Source of the DNA: Terriglobales bacterium
GTDB taxonomy: Bacteria; Acidobacteriota; Terriglobia; Terriglobales; Acidobacteriaceae
DNA length: 64,000 bases
Assembly (NCBI GenBank): GCA_035483045.1
Contig: DATHQD010000035.1
Coordinates: 35,921-99,920 of the forward strand
Reading direction: 5' to 3'
Shown: positions 7,823 through 17,025 of the stretch, piece by piece
How positions within the stretch are numbered: the first letter of the stretch is position 1
How the letters are laid out: each line of letters starts with the position of its first letter
Translations under genes and position numbers: made by a program
Notes under the pieces: model-generated
Seen by the model: the letters and a program-made list of their open reading frames with translations, nothing else
What the model was told of the DNA's origin: nothing
Database searches by the model: none

Positions 7823-9643
7823 TTGGCCGAATTTAACAATCCTCAACAAGAACCCGGCATGGAGCGCAGACTCCTCATCGTCTTCGCCCTGACCTTCCTC
7901 GTCATCATGCTCTTCCAGCCGCTAGTGAAAAAGTACGGCCCGCAACCGCCTGCAAAGCAGGAAATCACGCAACCCGCCGCCCAGAATCAAACGCAATCGC
8001 CAGTCACAACTCAGCCGACGCCACAGTCTCCCGCGCCCACCACGGCTGCATCAAAGAAATCCGAAACTCCCGTCCAAGCGACCGCTGAATTCGACACCGT
8101 CATCGAAAACGACGCCTACCGCATCGTCTTCACTAATCGCGGAGCTCGCGTTAAATCCTGGGTTCTGAAAAAATATACCGACGACAAAGGCGGCCAGCTC
8201 GAACTGGTGAACACTGCCGCCTCCGAGAAATACGGCTACCCGCTCACTCTCTGGACCTACGATGAATCTCTGCGCAACAAAATAAATTCAGCCCTCTATG
8301 CAACGGCGCAGACTCAGGCGATAGGGATAGGGGAGTTTTCCGCCACAATCAATGTTGCCGCCAAAGGCGTTGCGCCTGCCAGTAATACTCTTGCTGCTCC
8401 GGTGGAAATTAAATTTGTCTACGACGATGGCGACGTCTCGGTCCAGAAGACCTTCACCTTCGATCGCACCAGCTACGTAATCGGCACCCAGACCACCGTC
8501 TATCAAAAAGGTGCCCAAGTCACCGCCTTCCCCATGTGGCCCGCCGGCTTCGGCGCCGATCTGACCGCCCCGCAATACGCGACCGCCCAGATCATGTATC
8601 AGAACAACGACAAGGTCGAGCGCCTGGCGATCAAGAAGATCAGCGGCAACGGCACCATCCCCGGCCCCTTCCAGTGGGGCGGAGTCTCCGATCAATATTT
8701 CGCCGCCGTATTCCTTCCACAAGATCAGCAGAATGCCGCGCTGGTCACGCTCCGCAACGCCATCGAAATTCCCCACAGCGCATCCGACAAACAACTCGAT
8801 AAGATCGACGTGCTAGGCGCAGCCGTTGGCAGCCTCCGCGGCCCCACCATTGCCCGCCTCTACGTCGGCCCCAAAGCTCTCACCGACCTCGAGTCCGTCT
8901 CCGTCCCCGGCATCACTGGAGCCGAACCCGATCTCCGTGCCATCATCGATTTCGGTTGGCTAGGCATCATCGCCCGCCCACTCTTCCTCTGGCTCAAGTG
9001 GATGCACACCTACGTTCATAACTGGGGCTGGGCAATCCTGCTGCAGACGCTCATCATTAATGCCGCGCTCCTCCCGCTCCGTCTCACCCAGATGAAGTCG
9101 ATGCTCAAAATGCAGCGCGTCGCGCCCCAGATCAAATCCATCCAGGAAAAATACAAAAAATACAGTCTGCGCGATCCCAAGAAAGCCGAGATGAACGAAG
9201 AGATTTCGGCGCTCTATAAGAAGGAAGGCGTCAATCCCGCCGGCGGCTGTCTCCCGCTGCTCATCCAGATGCCCTTCCTCTTCGCCTACTACCGCATGCT
9301 CAACGTAGCCATGGATCTCCGCCACGCCCCCTGGCTCTGGATCCACGACTTGTCTGCCGCCGATCCCTGGCACATTCTGCCCATCGCCATCATCGTCACC
9401 ATGTTCTTCATGCAGCGCATGACGCCCCAGGCCGGCATGGATCCAGCACAACAAAAAATGATGAACCTGATGATGCCCGGCATGCTCGGCTACATGAGTT
9501 GGTATCTCCCCGCCGGTCTAGGCCTATATTGGGCGATGGGCCAAGTCATAGGCATAGTGCAGCAAGCCGCTCTAAACCGCACCTCGCTAGGACGAGAAAT
9601 GCGAGAAATGATGGCCAAACGCGCCAGAAAAAAAGAAAAATAG
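7823..9643 (+). CDS. yidC: membrane protein insertase YidC
   Basis: 606 aa with an N-terminal TM, a large periplasmic domain, and a C-terminal core (KMQRVAPQIKSIQEKYK..GCLPLLIQMPF). The start is either TTG 7823 or ATG 7859. Confidence 0.93.
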   Translation: MAEFNNPQQEPGMERRLLIVFALTFLVIMLFQPLVKKYGPQPPAKQEITQPAAQNQTQSPVTTQPTPQSPAPTTAASKKSETPVQATAEFDTVIENDAYRIVFTNRGARVKSWVLKKYTDDKGGQLELVNTAASEKYGYPLTLWTYDESLRNKINSALYATAQTQAIGIGEFSATINVAAKGVAPASNTLAAPVEIKFVYDDGDVSVQKTFTFDRTSYVIGTQTTVYQKGAQVTAFPMWPAGFGADLTAPQYATAQIMYQNNDKVERLAIKKISGNGTIPGPFQWGGVSDQYFAAVFLPQDQQNAALVTLRNAIEIPHSASDKQLDKIDVLGAAVGSLRGPTIARLYVGPKALTDLESVSVPGITGAEPDLRAIIDFGWLGIIARPLFLWLKWMHTYVHNWGWAILLQTLIINAALLPLRLTQMKSMLKMQRVAPQIKSIQEKYKKYSLRDPKKAEMNEEISALYKKEGVNPAGGCLPLLIQMPFLFAYYRMLNVAMDLRHAPWLWIHDLSAADPWHILPIAIIVTMFFMQRMTPQAGMDPAQQKMMNLMMPGMLGYMSWYLPAGLGLYWAMGQVIGIVQQAALNRTSLGREMREMMAKRARKKEK

Positions 9644-9747
9644 TTGTCAGCTTTCAGTTGTCAGTCGTCAGTTAAACCTTGTGCCGTCCGCCCTAAACGG
9701 AGCTTTGGAGGACTTTACTGACAACTGAGAACTGACAACTGAGAACT
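9642..9747. repeat. long imperfect palindrome of GTCAG/CTGAC words between yidC and jag
   Basis: Left arm AGTTGTCAGCTTTCAGTTGTCAGTCGTCAGT. The reverse complement of the right arm is AGTTCTCAGTTGTCAGTTCTCAGTTGTCAGT. That gives 26 of 31 paired positions and a 44-nt loop. Confidence 0.75.
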
Positions 9748-9752
9748 CATCT

Positions 9753-10292
9753 ATGCCCATCACCGACAAAATCGCCGCCGCCAAACAAATCGGAGAATTC
9801 CTGCAAGCCGTCATTTCCCATGGCGGCTTCAAACTCAAATACCGCATCACCGTCGATCCTCCCATCCCCGACAACCGCGAGTGGGAGCATCCCGAAATCC
9901 TTGTCGAATTCGCCGGCCCCGATTCTTCTCTCCTGCTCGAGCGTAGCGGCGAACTTCTCCGCGCCTTCGAACTCCTCGCCTCCGAAGTCCTGCACCTCCA
10001 GGGCAATGAGCACGAGAAAATCTGGTTCGATTGCAAAAATTTCCGCGCCATGCGCATCGACGAATTGCAACTCGCCGCCCGCGTGGCCGCCGAACAGGTC
10101 CGCCGCACCAGCGAACCTTACCGCTTCGGTCCCATGTCCTCGCGCGAGCGCCGCATCGTTCACCTCGCCTTGCGCGACGAAAAAGATCTCCGCACCGAAA
10201 GCGACGGGGAAGGCGGCCGGCGCTCCGTAGTCGTCTATCCCGCCAGTTACAAATCAACAGCCGCGCCGCGCCGTGAGCGGAGAACCGGATGA
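9753..10292 (+). CDS. jag: Jag/KhpB RNA-binding protein (KH + R3H domains)
   Basis: R3H-type C-terminus (RRIVHLALRDEKDLRTESDGEGGRRSVVVYP), positioned after yidC. Confidence 0.85.
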   Translation: MPITDKIAAAKQIGEFLQAVISHGGFKLKYRITVDPPIPDNREWEHPEILVEFAGPDSSLLLERSGELLRAFELLASEVLHLQGNEHEKIWFDCKNFRAMRIDELQLAARVAAEQVRRTSEPYRFGPMSSRERRIVHLALRDEKDLRTESDGEGGRRSVVVYPASYKSTAAPRRERRTG

Positions 10293-10297
10293 AGTTA

Positions 10298-10375
10298 AGG
10301 TCAGATTGCAGAGGTAAAAGGTCGGAGGTAAAACCGTAAACCGCTTTTGACTTTCACCTCTGCAATCCGACCTCT
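10298..10375. terminator. hairpin downstream of jag (putative terminator)
   Basis: AGGTCAGATTGCAGAGGTAAAAGGTC pairs with GACTTTCACCTCTGCAATCCGACCT. Confidence 0.5.
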
Positions 10376-10697
10376 ATCCTCTGACCTGTTTTCGCAATTG
10401 CACCCATCTCGCGGCAGTTAGTTTCTCGACACTTGACAGCGCTCCAAAATCGCGATTCTATATAGCGCTCACGCATGATTTTTTTTCTTGCAACGCACCG
10501 ACGCGGCGATTTTTTTGTGCTACTATCCCGTTCGTCTCCTATTAATTCTCAACCACAACCCGTACTGCAAAACAGAGACTGCTCTGCAGGAAAACTTAGA
10601 CTCATAATTCAAGACTTGTAAAATTTAAAGACTGTTCCCGGACGTTCTTTACTCCGGCGCTGTCCATAATTTTGTAAAAAGCGATTCCGGTAAATTC

Positions 10698-12122
10698 ATG
10701 TCATCCCTCACTACTTCCGCCGTCATTCCGAATCCGTGGGTGCGCATCCTCGACGCCCTGGAGAAAAAAATCAACCGCCATTCCTACGACACCTGGCTTA
10801 AGCCCACTCGCTACAGCCACGCCAGCAACGGAATTCTCTTCGTCCGTATCCCCACCGCCGAGTTCCGCCACGTCGGCGACAAATACGCCGACCTCATTCA
10901 GGAAGCCGTCGACAATCTCGGCCTCGGCTACCAGGACGTGAAATTCGTCACCGCCGAAGACGATCCTTCCAACACTCCCATCCGCCACAACGGCGGCCTC
11001 TCCGCCCAAGGCTACAGCAGCGGCGCTCCGAGCACCGCCCAAACCGGCCAGCAAGCCGCCACCGGCCTTCATCCCGCGCAGGCCCGCTTCGATTGGGATA
11101 GCGCCGCCCAACTCAATCCGCGCTACACCTTCGACGCCTTCGTCATCGGCAGCGGCAACCAGTTCGCTCACGCCGCCTGCCAGGCCGTAGCCGAGCGCCC
11201 GTCCAAAGCCTATAACCCTCTCTTCCTCTACGGCACCACTGGCATGGGCAAGACCCATCTCATGCAGGCCATCGGCCATGAGATCAAGCGCCGCATGCCG
11301 CAAACCGCCATCTGCTACCTCTCCAGCGAAAAGTTCACCAATGAAATGATCAACTCTCTCCGCTACGAGAAGATGATCAGTTTCCGCGATAAATTCCGCA
11401 ACGTCGACGTCCTCCTTATCGACGACATCCAGTTCCTCGCCCAAAAAGAACGCACCCAGGAAGAGTTCTTCCACACCTTCAACGCCCTTCACGAATCGCT
11501 GAAACAGATCGTGATCGCTAGCGACCGTCCTCCAAAGGAATTGGCCGAATTCGAAGACCGCCTCCGCAGCCGCTTCGAATGGGGCCTCATCGCCGATATT
11601 CAACCGCCCGACCTCGAAACCAAAGTCGCCATCCTGCAAAAGAAAGCCGAGCAGGAGCGCGTCACCCTGCCCACCGACGTCGCCCTCTTCATCGCCTCCA
11701 ACATCCGCTCCAACGTCCGCGAACTAGAAGGCGCTCTGATTCGCCTGGTCGCGCACTCGTCTCTCATCGGAGCCGACATAACGCTCCCCTATACCCAGCA
11801 AGTCCTGAAAAATTTCATCGACTCGCAGGCCCGTAAAGTCACCATCGAATCCATTCAAAAAGCTGTAGCCGAACAATTCGGACTCCGCCTCGTCGAAATC
11901 AAGGCAAAAAATAATTCGCGCTCCATCGTCTATCCCCGGCAGATCGCGATGTACCTGGCCAAGCATTTAACTGAGGCCTCGCTCCCCGAAATCGGCCGTC
12001 AGTTCGGCGGCAAGCATCACACTACCGTCCTCCATTCGGTCGATAAGATCGAAGAGGTTCGCAAGAACGACAAGGATTTAAACAGGCTGCTCAATAAATT
12101 GACCGAGCAGCTAGGCGCGTAG
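10698..12122 (+). CDS. dnaA: chromosomal replication initiator DnaA
   Basis: Walker A GTTGMGKTHLMQAIG, box VII, and C-terminal DNA-binding motifs PRQIAMYLAK and GGKHHTTVLH. Confidence 0.97.
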   Translation: MSSLTTSAVIPNPWVRILDALEKKINRHSYDTWLKPTRYSHASNGILFVRIPTAEFRHVGDKYADLIQEAVDNLGLGYQDVKFVTAEDDPSNTPIRHNGGLSAQGYSSGAPSTAQTGQQAATGLHPAQARFDWDSAAQLNPRYTFDAFVIGSGNQFAHAACQAVAERPSKAYNPLFLYGTTGMGKTHLMQAIGHEIKRRMPQTAICYLSSEKFTNEMINSLRYEKMISFRDKFRNVDVLLIDDIQFLAQKERTQEEFFHTFNALHESLKQIVIASDRPPKELAEFEDRLRSRFEWGLIADIQPPDLETKVAILQKKAEQERVTLPTDVALFIASNIRSNVRELEGALIRLVAHSSLIGADITLPYTQQVLKNFIDSQARKVTIESIQKAVAEQFGLRLVEIKAKNNSRSIVYPRQIAMYLAKHLTEASLPEIGRQFGGKHHTTVLHSVDKIEEVRKNDKDLNRLLNKLTEQLGA

Positions 12123-12129
12123 ACCGCGG

Positions 12130-12331
12130 TTTCCACCGCCTTTTCCACTCATGTGGCCGTTCTTCCAGCCTCCGGTCTGTGAGTCGTTTGTGGAAGTTGT
12201 GCGAGACCAGATCGAAACTTGACGAGGGTCCATTCCATCCATGGTCCTCCGCTAAAGCAAGGTCCGATTCTTCACACGAGGTCTCTACGCTAAAGCAACT
12301 GAACCGCAGGCACCTGGCCCGGTTTTCCACT
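12130..12331. promoter_or_regulatory. cluster of DnaA-box-like TTTCCAC motifs in the dnaA-dnaN spacer
   Basis: GTTTCCACC at 12129-12137, TTTTCCACT at 12141-12149, TGTGGAAGT (reverse complement ACTTCCACA) at 12189-12197, TTTTCCACT at 12323-12331. An AT-rich tract lies at 12361-12400. Confidence 0.5.
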
Positions 12332-12463
12332 TCTCCGACCCGCCTACGGTTACTACTGGTTGAATTGCTTTTGTATTTGATATAAGAAGAGAACAGAAGT
12401 AGAGTCGGGAGACCCAATATGCCGGTGGAAGTCGCCCCTGCCGTTGCCACGACATCAACGACC

Positions 12464-13588
12464 ATGGAAATCACGGTCAGCAAATTTGAGTTGCTTCGCG
12501 AACTGACGGCCACCCAAGGCGTGGTCGAGCGCAAAACGACAATTCCCATTCTCTCGAATTATTTATTCGAGGCCTCCGGCGACAAACTCTCACTTACCGC
12601 CACCGACCTCGATCTCAGCCTGCGCACCTCGTGCCATGCCAAAGTAAAAAAAGAAGGCTCCTGCACCATCCCCGCGCGCAAGCTTCACGACTACGTAAAA
12701 CTTCTCCCCGACGCCGACATCACCATCCGCCTGCTTGAGAATCACTGGGTCAGCATCCGCTGCGGCCGGTCGAATACCAAAATGGTAGGCATGGCGAAAT
12801 CCAATTTCCCCGGCCTTCCCGTCTTCCCCGCCGCCGGAGCCATCAAAATCCCCGCCTCCGTTCTGCGCTCCATGATCGCCAAGACCGGCTTCGCCATCGC
12901 CAGCGAAGAGTCCCGCTACACGCTCAACGGCGCGCTCATGGTCCTCAAGCCCGAATCCATCACCATGGTAGCTACCGACGGTCACCGTCTAGCCCACGTA
13001 GAACGGGCCGGAGAAAAATTCGAAGGCGTCAGCGGCGAAATGAAAACGCTCGTCCCCAAGAAAGCCATGGACGAGCTGAAATCCCTGCTCGACGCCCACA
13101 GCGAAAACGAAGTAGAAACCATCGACTTCGCGAAAGACGAGTCCACGCTCTTCTTCCGCGTAGGCCAGCGCCTCCTGACTTCCCGCCAACTCACCGGCCA
13201 GTTCCCCAACTACGAAGCCGTGCTCCCCAAAGACATCACCAAATCGATCGCCCTCCACGGCGAAGAACTAGGCGCCGCCATAGCCCGAGTAGCCCAATTC
13301 GCTGACGAGCGCTCCCGAGCCGTCCGCATCCGCCTGGAAAAAGGCGAACTAAAAATCTCCGCCTCCTCGACCGAAACCGGAGAATCCGAAGACTCCATCG
13401 AGGTAGCCTACGACGGCGACCCCTTGGCCATAGGCTTCAACGCCCAATACCTGATGGACTTCATCAAAGCCACCGGCAGCGCCGAAGTAAAACTGGAATT
13501 AAAAGACGCCCAATCCGCCGGCCAACTCCGCCCCGCCGAATCCGAAGACTACAAATACCGCTACATAGTAATGCCGATGCGCATCTGA
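12464..13588 (+). CDS. dnaN: DNA polymerase III beta sliding clamp
   Basis: MEITVSKFELLREL.. through a C-terminal MPMRI. I prefer the internal ATG 12464 to the track start 12419. Confidence 0.93.
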   Translation: MEITVSKFELLRELTATQGVVERKTTIPILSNYLFEASGDKLSLTATDLDLSLRTSCHAKVKKEGSCTIPARKLHDYVKLLPDADITIRLLENHWVSIRCGRSNTKMVGMAKSNFPGLPVFPAAGAIKIPASVLRSMIAKTGFAIASEESRYTLNGALMVLKPESITMVATDGHRLAHVERAGEKFEGVSGEMKTLVPKKAMDELKSLLDAHSENEVETIDFAKDESTLFFRVGQRLLTSRQLTGQFPNYEAVLPKDITKSIALHGEELGAAIARVAQFADERSRAVRIRLEKGELKISASSTETGESEDSIEVAYDGDPLAIGFNAQYLMDFIKATGSAEVKLELKDAQSAGQLRPAESEDYKYRYIVMPMRI

Positions 13589-13601
13589 GTTTGCTTTGAA
13601 A

Positions 13602-13626
13602 GGGTGCGGCTTCAGCCGCGCCGCAA
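13602..13626 (+). repeat. REP-E head (forward)
   Basis: CTTTGAAAGGGTGCGGCTTCAGCCGCGCCGCAA. Confidence 0.65.
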
Positions 13627-13686
13627 CCCTCCTTCTGTCTTTTTTTGGGTGCCGCCCGGCTTCAGCGCTGCGATAAGAAAAGGCTT

Positions 13687-13731
13687 ACGATTCGCGAAGC
13701 GAGTCGTTCTGCGGAGTCGAAGGACCCCTAC
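13687..13731 (+). repeat. REP-C partial (forward)
   Basis: ACGATTCGCGAAGCGAGTCGTTCTGCGGAGTCGAAGGACCCCTAC. Confidence 0.75.
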
Positions 13732-13819
13732 CTATCCCAAACTGTTCGAGGGATCGCCCAGCCGCCGCCCCAACCTAAAATATAACCATCCGCATCCAAG
13801 CACCAGGAGACCTGACTCA

Positions 13820-14785
13820 GTGAAACCCCTCGCGCTAGCGGTGCTGCTGGCGCTAACGACAACGAACCTGGCAGCCCAAGCCGTAATCCCGCCCAGTCTC
13901 CCCTGGCCAACAAACCTCCCGGTCTACGACCACATCGTCATCGTTATCGAAGAAAATAAAAATTACGAAGAAATCATCGGCAACAAAAATGCCCCCTACA
14001 TCAACGACGTCCTAAAAAAAGAAGGAGCCAACCTCACCCAGATGTACGCCGAAGAGCACCACAGCGAAGGCAACTACTTCTGGCTCTTCTCCGGCAACAA
14101 CCAGAAAGTCGGCTATCAGGACGACATCCCGCAATCCGCCATCAGGGCAGCCAATCTAGGCTCCGAACTAATCCGCACCGGGCACTCCTTCAAAAGCTAT
14201 TGCGAAGGCCTTCCCACCGTCGGTTCCAGCGTCACCCGACAAGGCCTCTACGCCCGCAAGCACTGCCCCTGGGTAAGTTTCTCGAACCTCCCAAACGGCG
14301 CAACCGCAGCCGATTCTTCCACCCTGCGCTTCCCACAAGATTTCCCCACCGACTTCAACGACCTACCCACCGTATCCTTCGTCATCCCCAATCTCATCGA
14401 CGATATGCACGATGGCAAGCCCGCCCACTCCATCCCCGCTGGAGACCGCTGGCTCCGCCACAACTTGGATGCCTACTACCAGTGGGCCAAGCAGCACAAC
14501 AGTCTGCTGATCCTGACCTTCGATGAGAGCGACGAATTCACCTTCACCGGAGGCACCACCAATCCCGCCGACCCAAATCCCACCAAAAGAAATCGCATCC
14601 CCACCATCCTTGCCGGAGCCCACATCAAGCCCGGCGACTACCCCGAAGACAAAGGCGTCAACCACATAAATCTCCTCCGCACCCTGGAAGCGATGTACAA
14701 GCTAAATAAATCCGGCGCCCAGGAGTGGACCGCCCTGAGAGCCAATATCTCCGACGACTACCTGCTAAAAGACATCTTCGAATAG
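13820..14785 (+). CDS. secreted phosphoesterase-family protein (acid phosphatase / PLC-like)
   Basis: GTG 13820 follows AGGAGA. Signal peptide VKPLALAVLLALTTTNLAAQA. Motifs HIVIVIEENKNYEEIIG and PNLIDDMHDG. The upstream part of the track ORF is REP-derived. Confidence 0.6.
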   Translation: MKPLALAVLLALTTTNLAAQAVIPPSLPWPTNLPVYDHIVIVIEENKNYEEIIGNKNAPYINDVLKKEGANLTQMYAEEHHSEGNYFWLFSGNNQKVGYQDDIPQSAIRAANLGSELIRTGHSFKSYCEGLPTVGSSVTRQGLYARKHCPWVSFSNLPNGATAADSSTLRFPQDFPTDFNDLPTVSFVIPNLIDDMHDGKPAHSIPAGDRWLRHNLDAYYQWAKQHNSLLILTFDESDEFTFTGGTTNPADPNPTKRNRIPTILAGAHIKPGDYPEDKGVNHINLLRTLEAMYKLNKSGAQEWTALRANISDDYLLKDIFE

Positions 14786-14818
14786 CGCCTGCAGAAATCA
14801 CGCCCCCGCGAAAATCAC

Positions 14819-14886
14819 GTAGGGGCAGAGCCTGCCCTGAGCTTGCCGAAGGGTGCCCTCACCTGCCCAGCCGAGCAAAGCTCGGC
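14819..14886 (+). repeat. REP-B long form (forward)
   Basis: GTAGGGGCAGAGCCTGCCCTGAGCTTGCCGAAGGGTGCCCTCACCTGCCCAGCCGAGCAAAGCTCGGC. Confidence 0.85.
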
Positions 14887-14954
14887 AAATCCTTCGAGCC
14901 GCCGAAGTCCCCGCCCCGCTCAACTTTGCGTGCAGCTGAAACATTCCGCACGCC

Positions 14955-14983
14955 TTGACCAAACCCACACCAGCATGTACATT
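14955..14983 (+). promoter_or_regulatory. sigma70-like promoter candidate for mscL
   Basis: TTGACC, 17 nt, TACATT, about 35 nt upstream of a GGAGG-preceded ATG. Confidence 0.3.
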
Positions 14984-15016
14984 TGCGCCGATTCATCTAC
15001 TTAGGAGGGACCCCCA

Positions 15017-15433
15017 ATGCTATCCGGCTTCAAACAATTCATCTTGCGCGGCAACGTAGTCGACATGGCCGTAGGCGTAGTCATCGGTGCCGCCTTCGGA
15101 GGAGTAGTCACCGCCCTCACCAAAGATCTCCTCACCCCGCTCATCGCCGCCCTCGTGGGCAAGCCCGATTTCTCCTACCTCGGCTTCACCATAGGCACCA
15201 CAAAGTTTCCCGTAGGAGATTTCCTCAACGCCTGCGTATCCTTCGTCCTCATCGCCGCCGCCATCTACTTCTTCGTGGTGACCCCGGTCAACGCCTTAGT
15301 AGCCCGCATGAACAGAAACGCCGTCCCTGCCGACCCCACCACCAAGAAATGCCCCGAATGCCTAAGCGAAATCCCCATAGACGCCCGCCGCTGCAGCCAT
15401 TGTGCCGAGCCCGTATTAGGCAAAGCCGCCTGA
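15017..15433 (+). CDS. mscL: large-conductance mechanosensitive channel MscL with a C-terminal CxxC..CxxC tail
   Basis: MLSGFKQFILRGNVVDMAVGVVIGAAFG. The tail reads KKCPECLSEIPIDARRCSHC. Confidence 0.9.
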   Translation: MLSGFKQFILRGNVVDMAVGVVIGAAFGGVVTALTKDLLTPLIAALVGKPDFSYLGFTIGTTKFPVGDFLNACVSFVLIAAAIYFFVVTPVNALVARMNRNAVPADPTTKKCPECLSEIPIDARRCSHCAEPVLGKAA

Positions 15434-15483
15434 GAGCCGGATCATGCGCTAACTCTGCCCGATGACCTTCGCACCACAAAATC

Positions 15484-15545
15484 TGTCATCCCGACCGGAG
15501 CAGATCATCGCGAAGCGATCACCTGCGGAGTGGAGGGACCTTGCG
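15484..15545 (+). repeat. REP-C variant (forward)
   Basis: TGTCATCCCGACCGGAGCAGATCATCGCGAAGCGATCACCTGCGGAGTGGAGGGACCTTGCG. Confidence 0.75.
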
Positions 15546-15635
15546 TTTCCTCCAGTCTGGCCAAATCCCGCAAATTCCTATAAAATGAAAGTTCAGCAGC
15601 ACCCTCGGCATCAGCCTGGAAGGAACCAAAGAGTT

Positions 15636-15824
15636 ATGGCACGAGTATGTGATATCTGCGGCAAGGGGCCGCAGTTCGGAAGCACCATCAGCCACGCCCA
15701 CAACGTCAGCAAGCGCCGCTGGAACGTCAATCTCCGCCCCGTTCACGCCAAAGTAGGAGCCGCGACCAAACACATCCGAGTCTGCACCTCCTGCCTAAGA
15801 AGCGGCAAAGTAGTCAAAGCCTAA
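15636..15824 (+). CDS. rpmB: 50S ribosomal protein L28
   Basis: MARVCDICGKGPQFGSTISHAHNVSKRRWNVNLRP. Uses the internal ATG of track ORF 15462..15824. Confidence 0.93.
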   Translation: MARVCDICGKGPQFGSTISHAHNVSKRRWNVNLRPVHAKVGAATKHIRVCTSCLRSGKVVKA

Positions 15825-15839
15825 GACCGCTAAACGCAC

Positions 15840-15883
15840 GTAGGGGCAGGTGCCTTCACCTGCCCAGCCGAGCGAAGCTCGGC
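15840..15883 (+). repeat. REP-B (forward)
   Basis: GTAGGGGCAGGTGCCTTCACCTGCCCAGCCGAGCGAAGCTCGGC. Confidence 0.85.
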
Positions 15884-15908
15884 AAAATCTCCAAACCGCG
15901 GAAAATCC

Positions 15909-16373
15909 CTACTTCGCATCCACCAACTGCACATCAAATATCAAAGTAGAATTCGGCGGAATCACCGAAGAATACCCCTTCTCCCCATAAGCCAGCCCCG
16001 GAGGAATCCGCAACTGCCGCTTCCCCCCAACCTTCATCCCCGCAATCCCCTCATCCCACCCCTTAATCACCTGTCCCCCGCCCAGCAGAAAATCAAACGG
16101 ACGCCCCGTCCCGACCGAACTGTCAAACTTCTTTCCATTCGTCAGCCACCCCGTGTAATCCACCTTAACCTTCATCCCCGCGTTAGCCACCGCGCCCGTC
16201 CCCACCTTAATGTCCCAATACTCCAACCCGCTAGCCGTCTTCGTAGGCTCGCCCGTAACCTTAGTAGGCCCGATAGGCACCGCCGGCGCTCTCTTAGCCG
16301 GAGCCGTCTGCGCCCCCGCCCACCAAGCAATCCCAATCAGCGCCACCAAAAAAATAGCCACAAAAGTCTTCAT
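15909..16373 (-). CDS. FKBP-type peptidyl-prolyl cis-trans isomerase, secreted
   Basis: YTGWLTNGKKFDSS..GGGQVIKGWDEG..LIFDVQLV. I place the start at MKTFVAIF, because the upstream part of the track ORF is REP-C-derived. Confidence 0.9.
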   Translation of the reverse strand: MKTFVAIFLVALIGIAWWAGAQTAPAKRAPAVPIGPTKVTGEPTKTASGLEYWDIKVGTGAVANAGMKVKVDYTGWLTNGKKFDSSVGTGRPFDFLLGGGQVIKGWDEGIAGMKVGGKRQLRIPPGLAYGEKGYSSVIPPNSTLIFDVQLVDAK

Positions 16374-16391
16374 AATTTCCCCTTTTCCAGA

Positions 16392-16456
16392 TGTCATCCT
16401 GAGCGCCGCAGAACGATTCGCGAAGCAATCGCTCTGCTGAGTCGAAGGACCCCTAC
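16392..16456 (+). repeat. REP-C full (forward)
   Basis: TGTCATCCTGAGCGCCGCAGAACGATTCGCGAAGCAATCGCTCTGCTGAGTCGAAGGACCCCTAC. Confidence 0.85.
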
Positions 16457-16468
16457 CGTCACCATCCC

Positions 16469-16849
16469 TCACGCCACCGCAATCGCATCAATCTCCACCA
16501 GCACATCCTTGGGAAGCCGCGCCACCTCCACCGTCGACCGCGATGGCGGAGCGTCCTTGAAATACTTTCCATAAACTTCATTCATAGCCGCAAAATCTCC
16601 CATGTTCTTCAGGAACACCGTGCACCGCACCACCTTCCCCAAAGAACTCCCCGCAGCCGCCAAAATCGCCGCGAGATTGCGCAGTACGCGATCCGTTTGC
16701 GCCGCAACATCCCCCGCCACCACCTGCTGTGTAGCCGGATCAATCGCCACCTGCCCCGAAGTAAATATCAACCCCGCCGCCCGAATCGCCTGCGAATAAG
16801 GCCCAATAGCCGCCGGAGCCTCCGAAGTAGCAATCACCTCACGCATCAT
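16469..16849 (-). CDS. ridA: RidA/YjgF family reactive-intermediate deaminase
   Basis: APAAIGPYSQAI..TVFLKNMGDFAAMNEVY..RSTVEVARLP. I place the start at MMREVI, because the upstream part is REP-B-derived. Confidence 0.88.
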   Translation of the reverse strand: MMREVIATSEAPAAIGPYSQAIRAAGLIFTSGQVAIDPATQQVVAGDVAAQTDRVLRNLAAILAAAGSSLGKVVRCTVFLKNMGDFAAMNEVYGKYFKDAPPSRSTVEVARLPKDVLVEIDAIAVA

Positions 16850-16870
16850 CCCCTCCAAAACCAAACTCAA

Positions 16871-16914
16871 GTAGGGGCAGGTGCCCTCACCTGCCCAGCC
16901 GAGCGAAGCTCGGC
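16871..16914 (+). repeat. REP-B (forward)
   Basis: GTAGGGGCAGGTGCCCTCACCTGCCCAGCCGAGCGAAGCTCGGC. Confidence 0.85.
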
Positions 16915-16954
16915 AACCGTCTCGCGCCACCACAATCTAAATCCAATAGAACGC

Positions 16955-17001
16955 GGGTGCCCCATCCTAGACGTCGCGCCCTGTGCGACGTCAGAGTGGG
17001 C
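16955..17001 (+). repeat. REP-A (forward)
   Basis: GGGTGCCCCATCCTAGACGTCGCGCCCTGTGCGACGTCAGAGTGGGCC. Confidence 0.8.
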
Positions 17002-17025
17002 CCGTAAATTTCGAAACACCGACTC

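Noticed and set aside
10293-10697. Expected oriC or DnaA boxes immediately upstream of dnaA
   Set aside because: Only one weak match is visible (TGTCCATAA near 10662). The region looks like a jag terminator hairpin plus AT-rich promoter DNA. There is no composition or REP-polarity change here.
12091-12549. 152-aa minus-strand ORF spanning the dnaA-dnaN spacer
   Set aside because: It overlaps the ends of both dnaA and dnaN, has no motifs, and the region is better explained as a regulatory or DnaA-box spacer.
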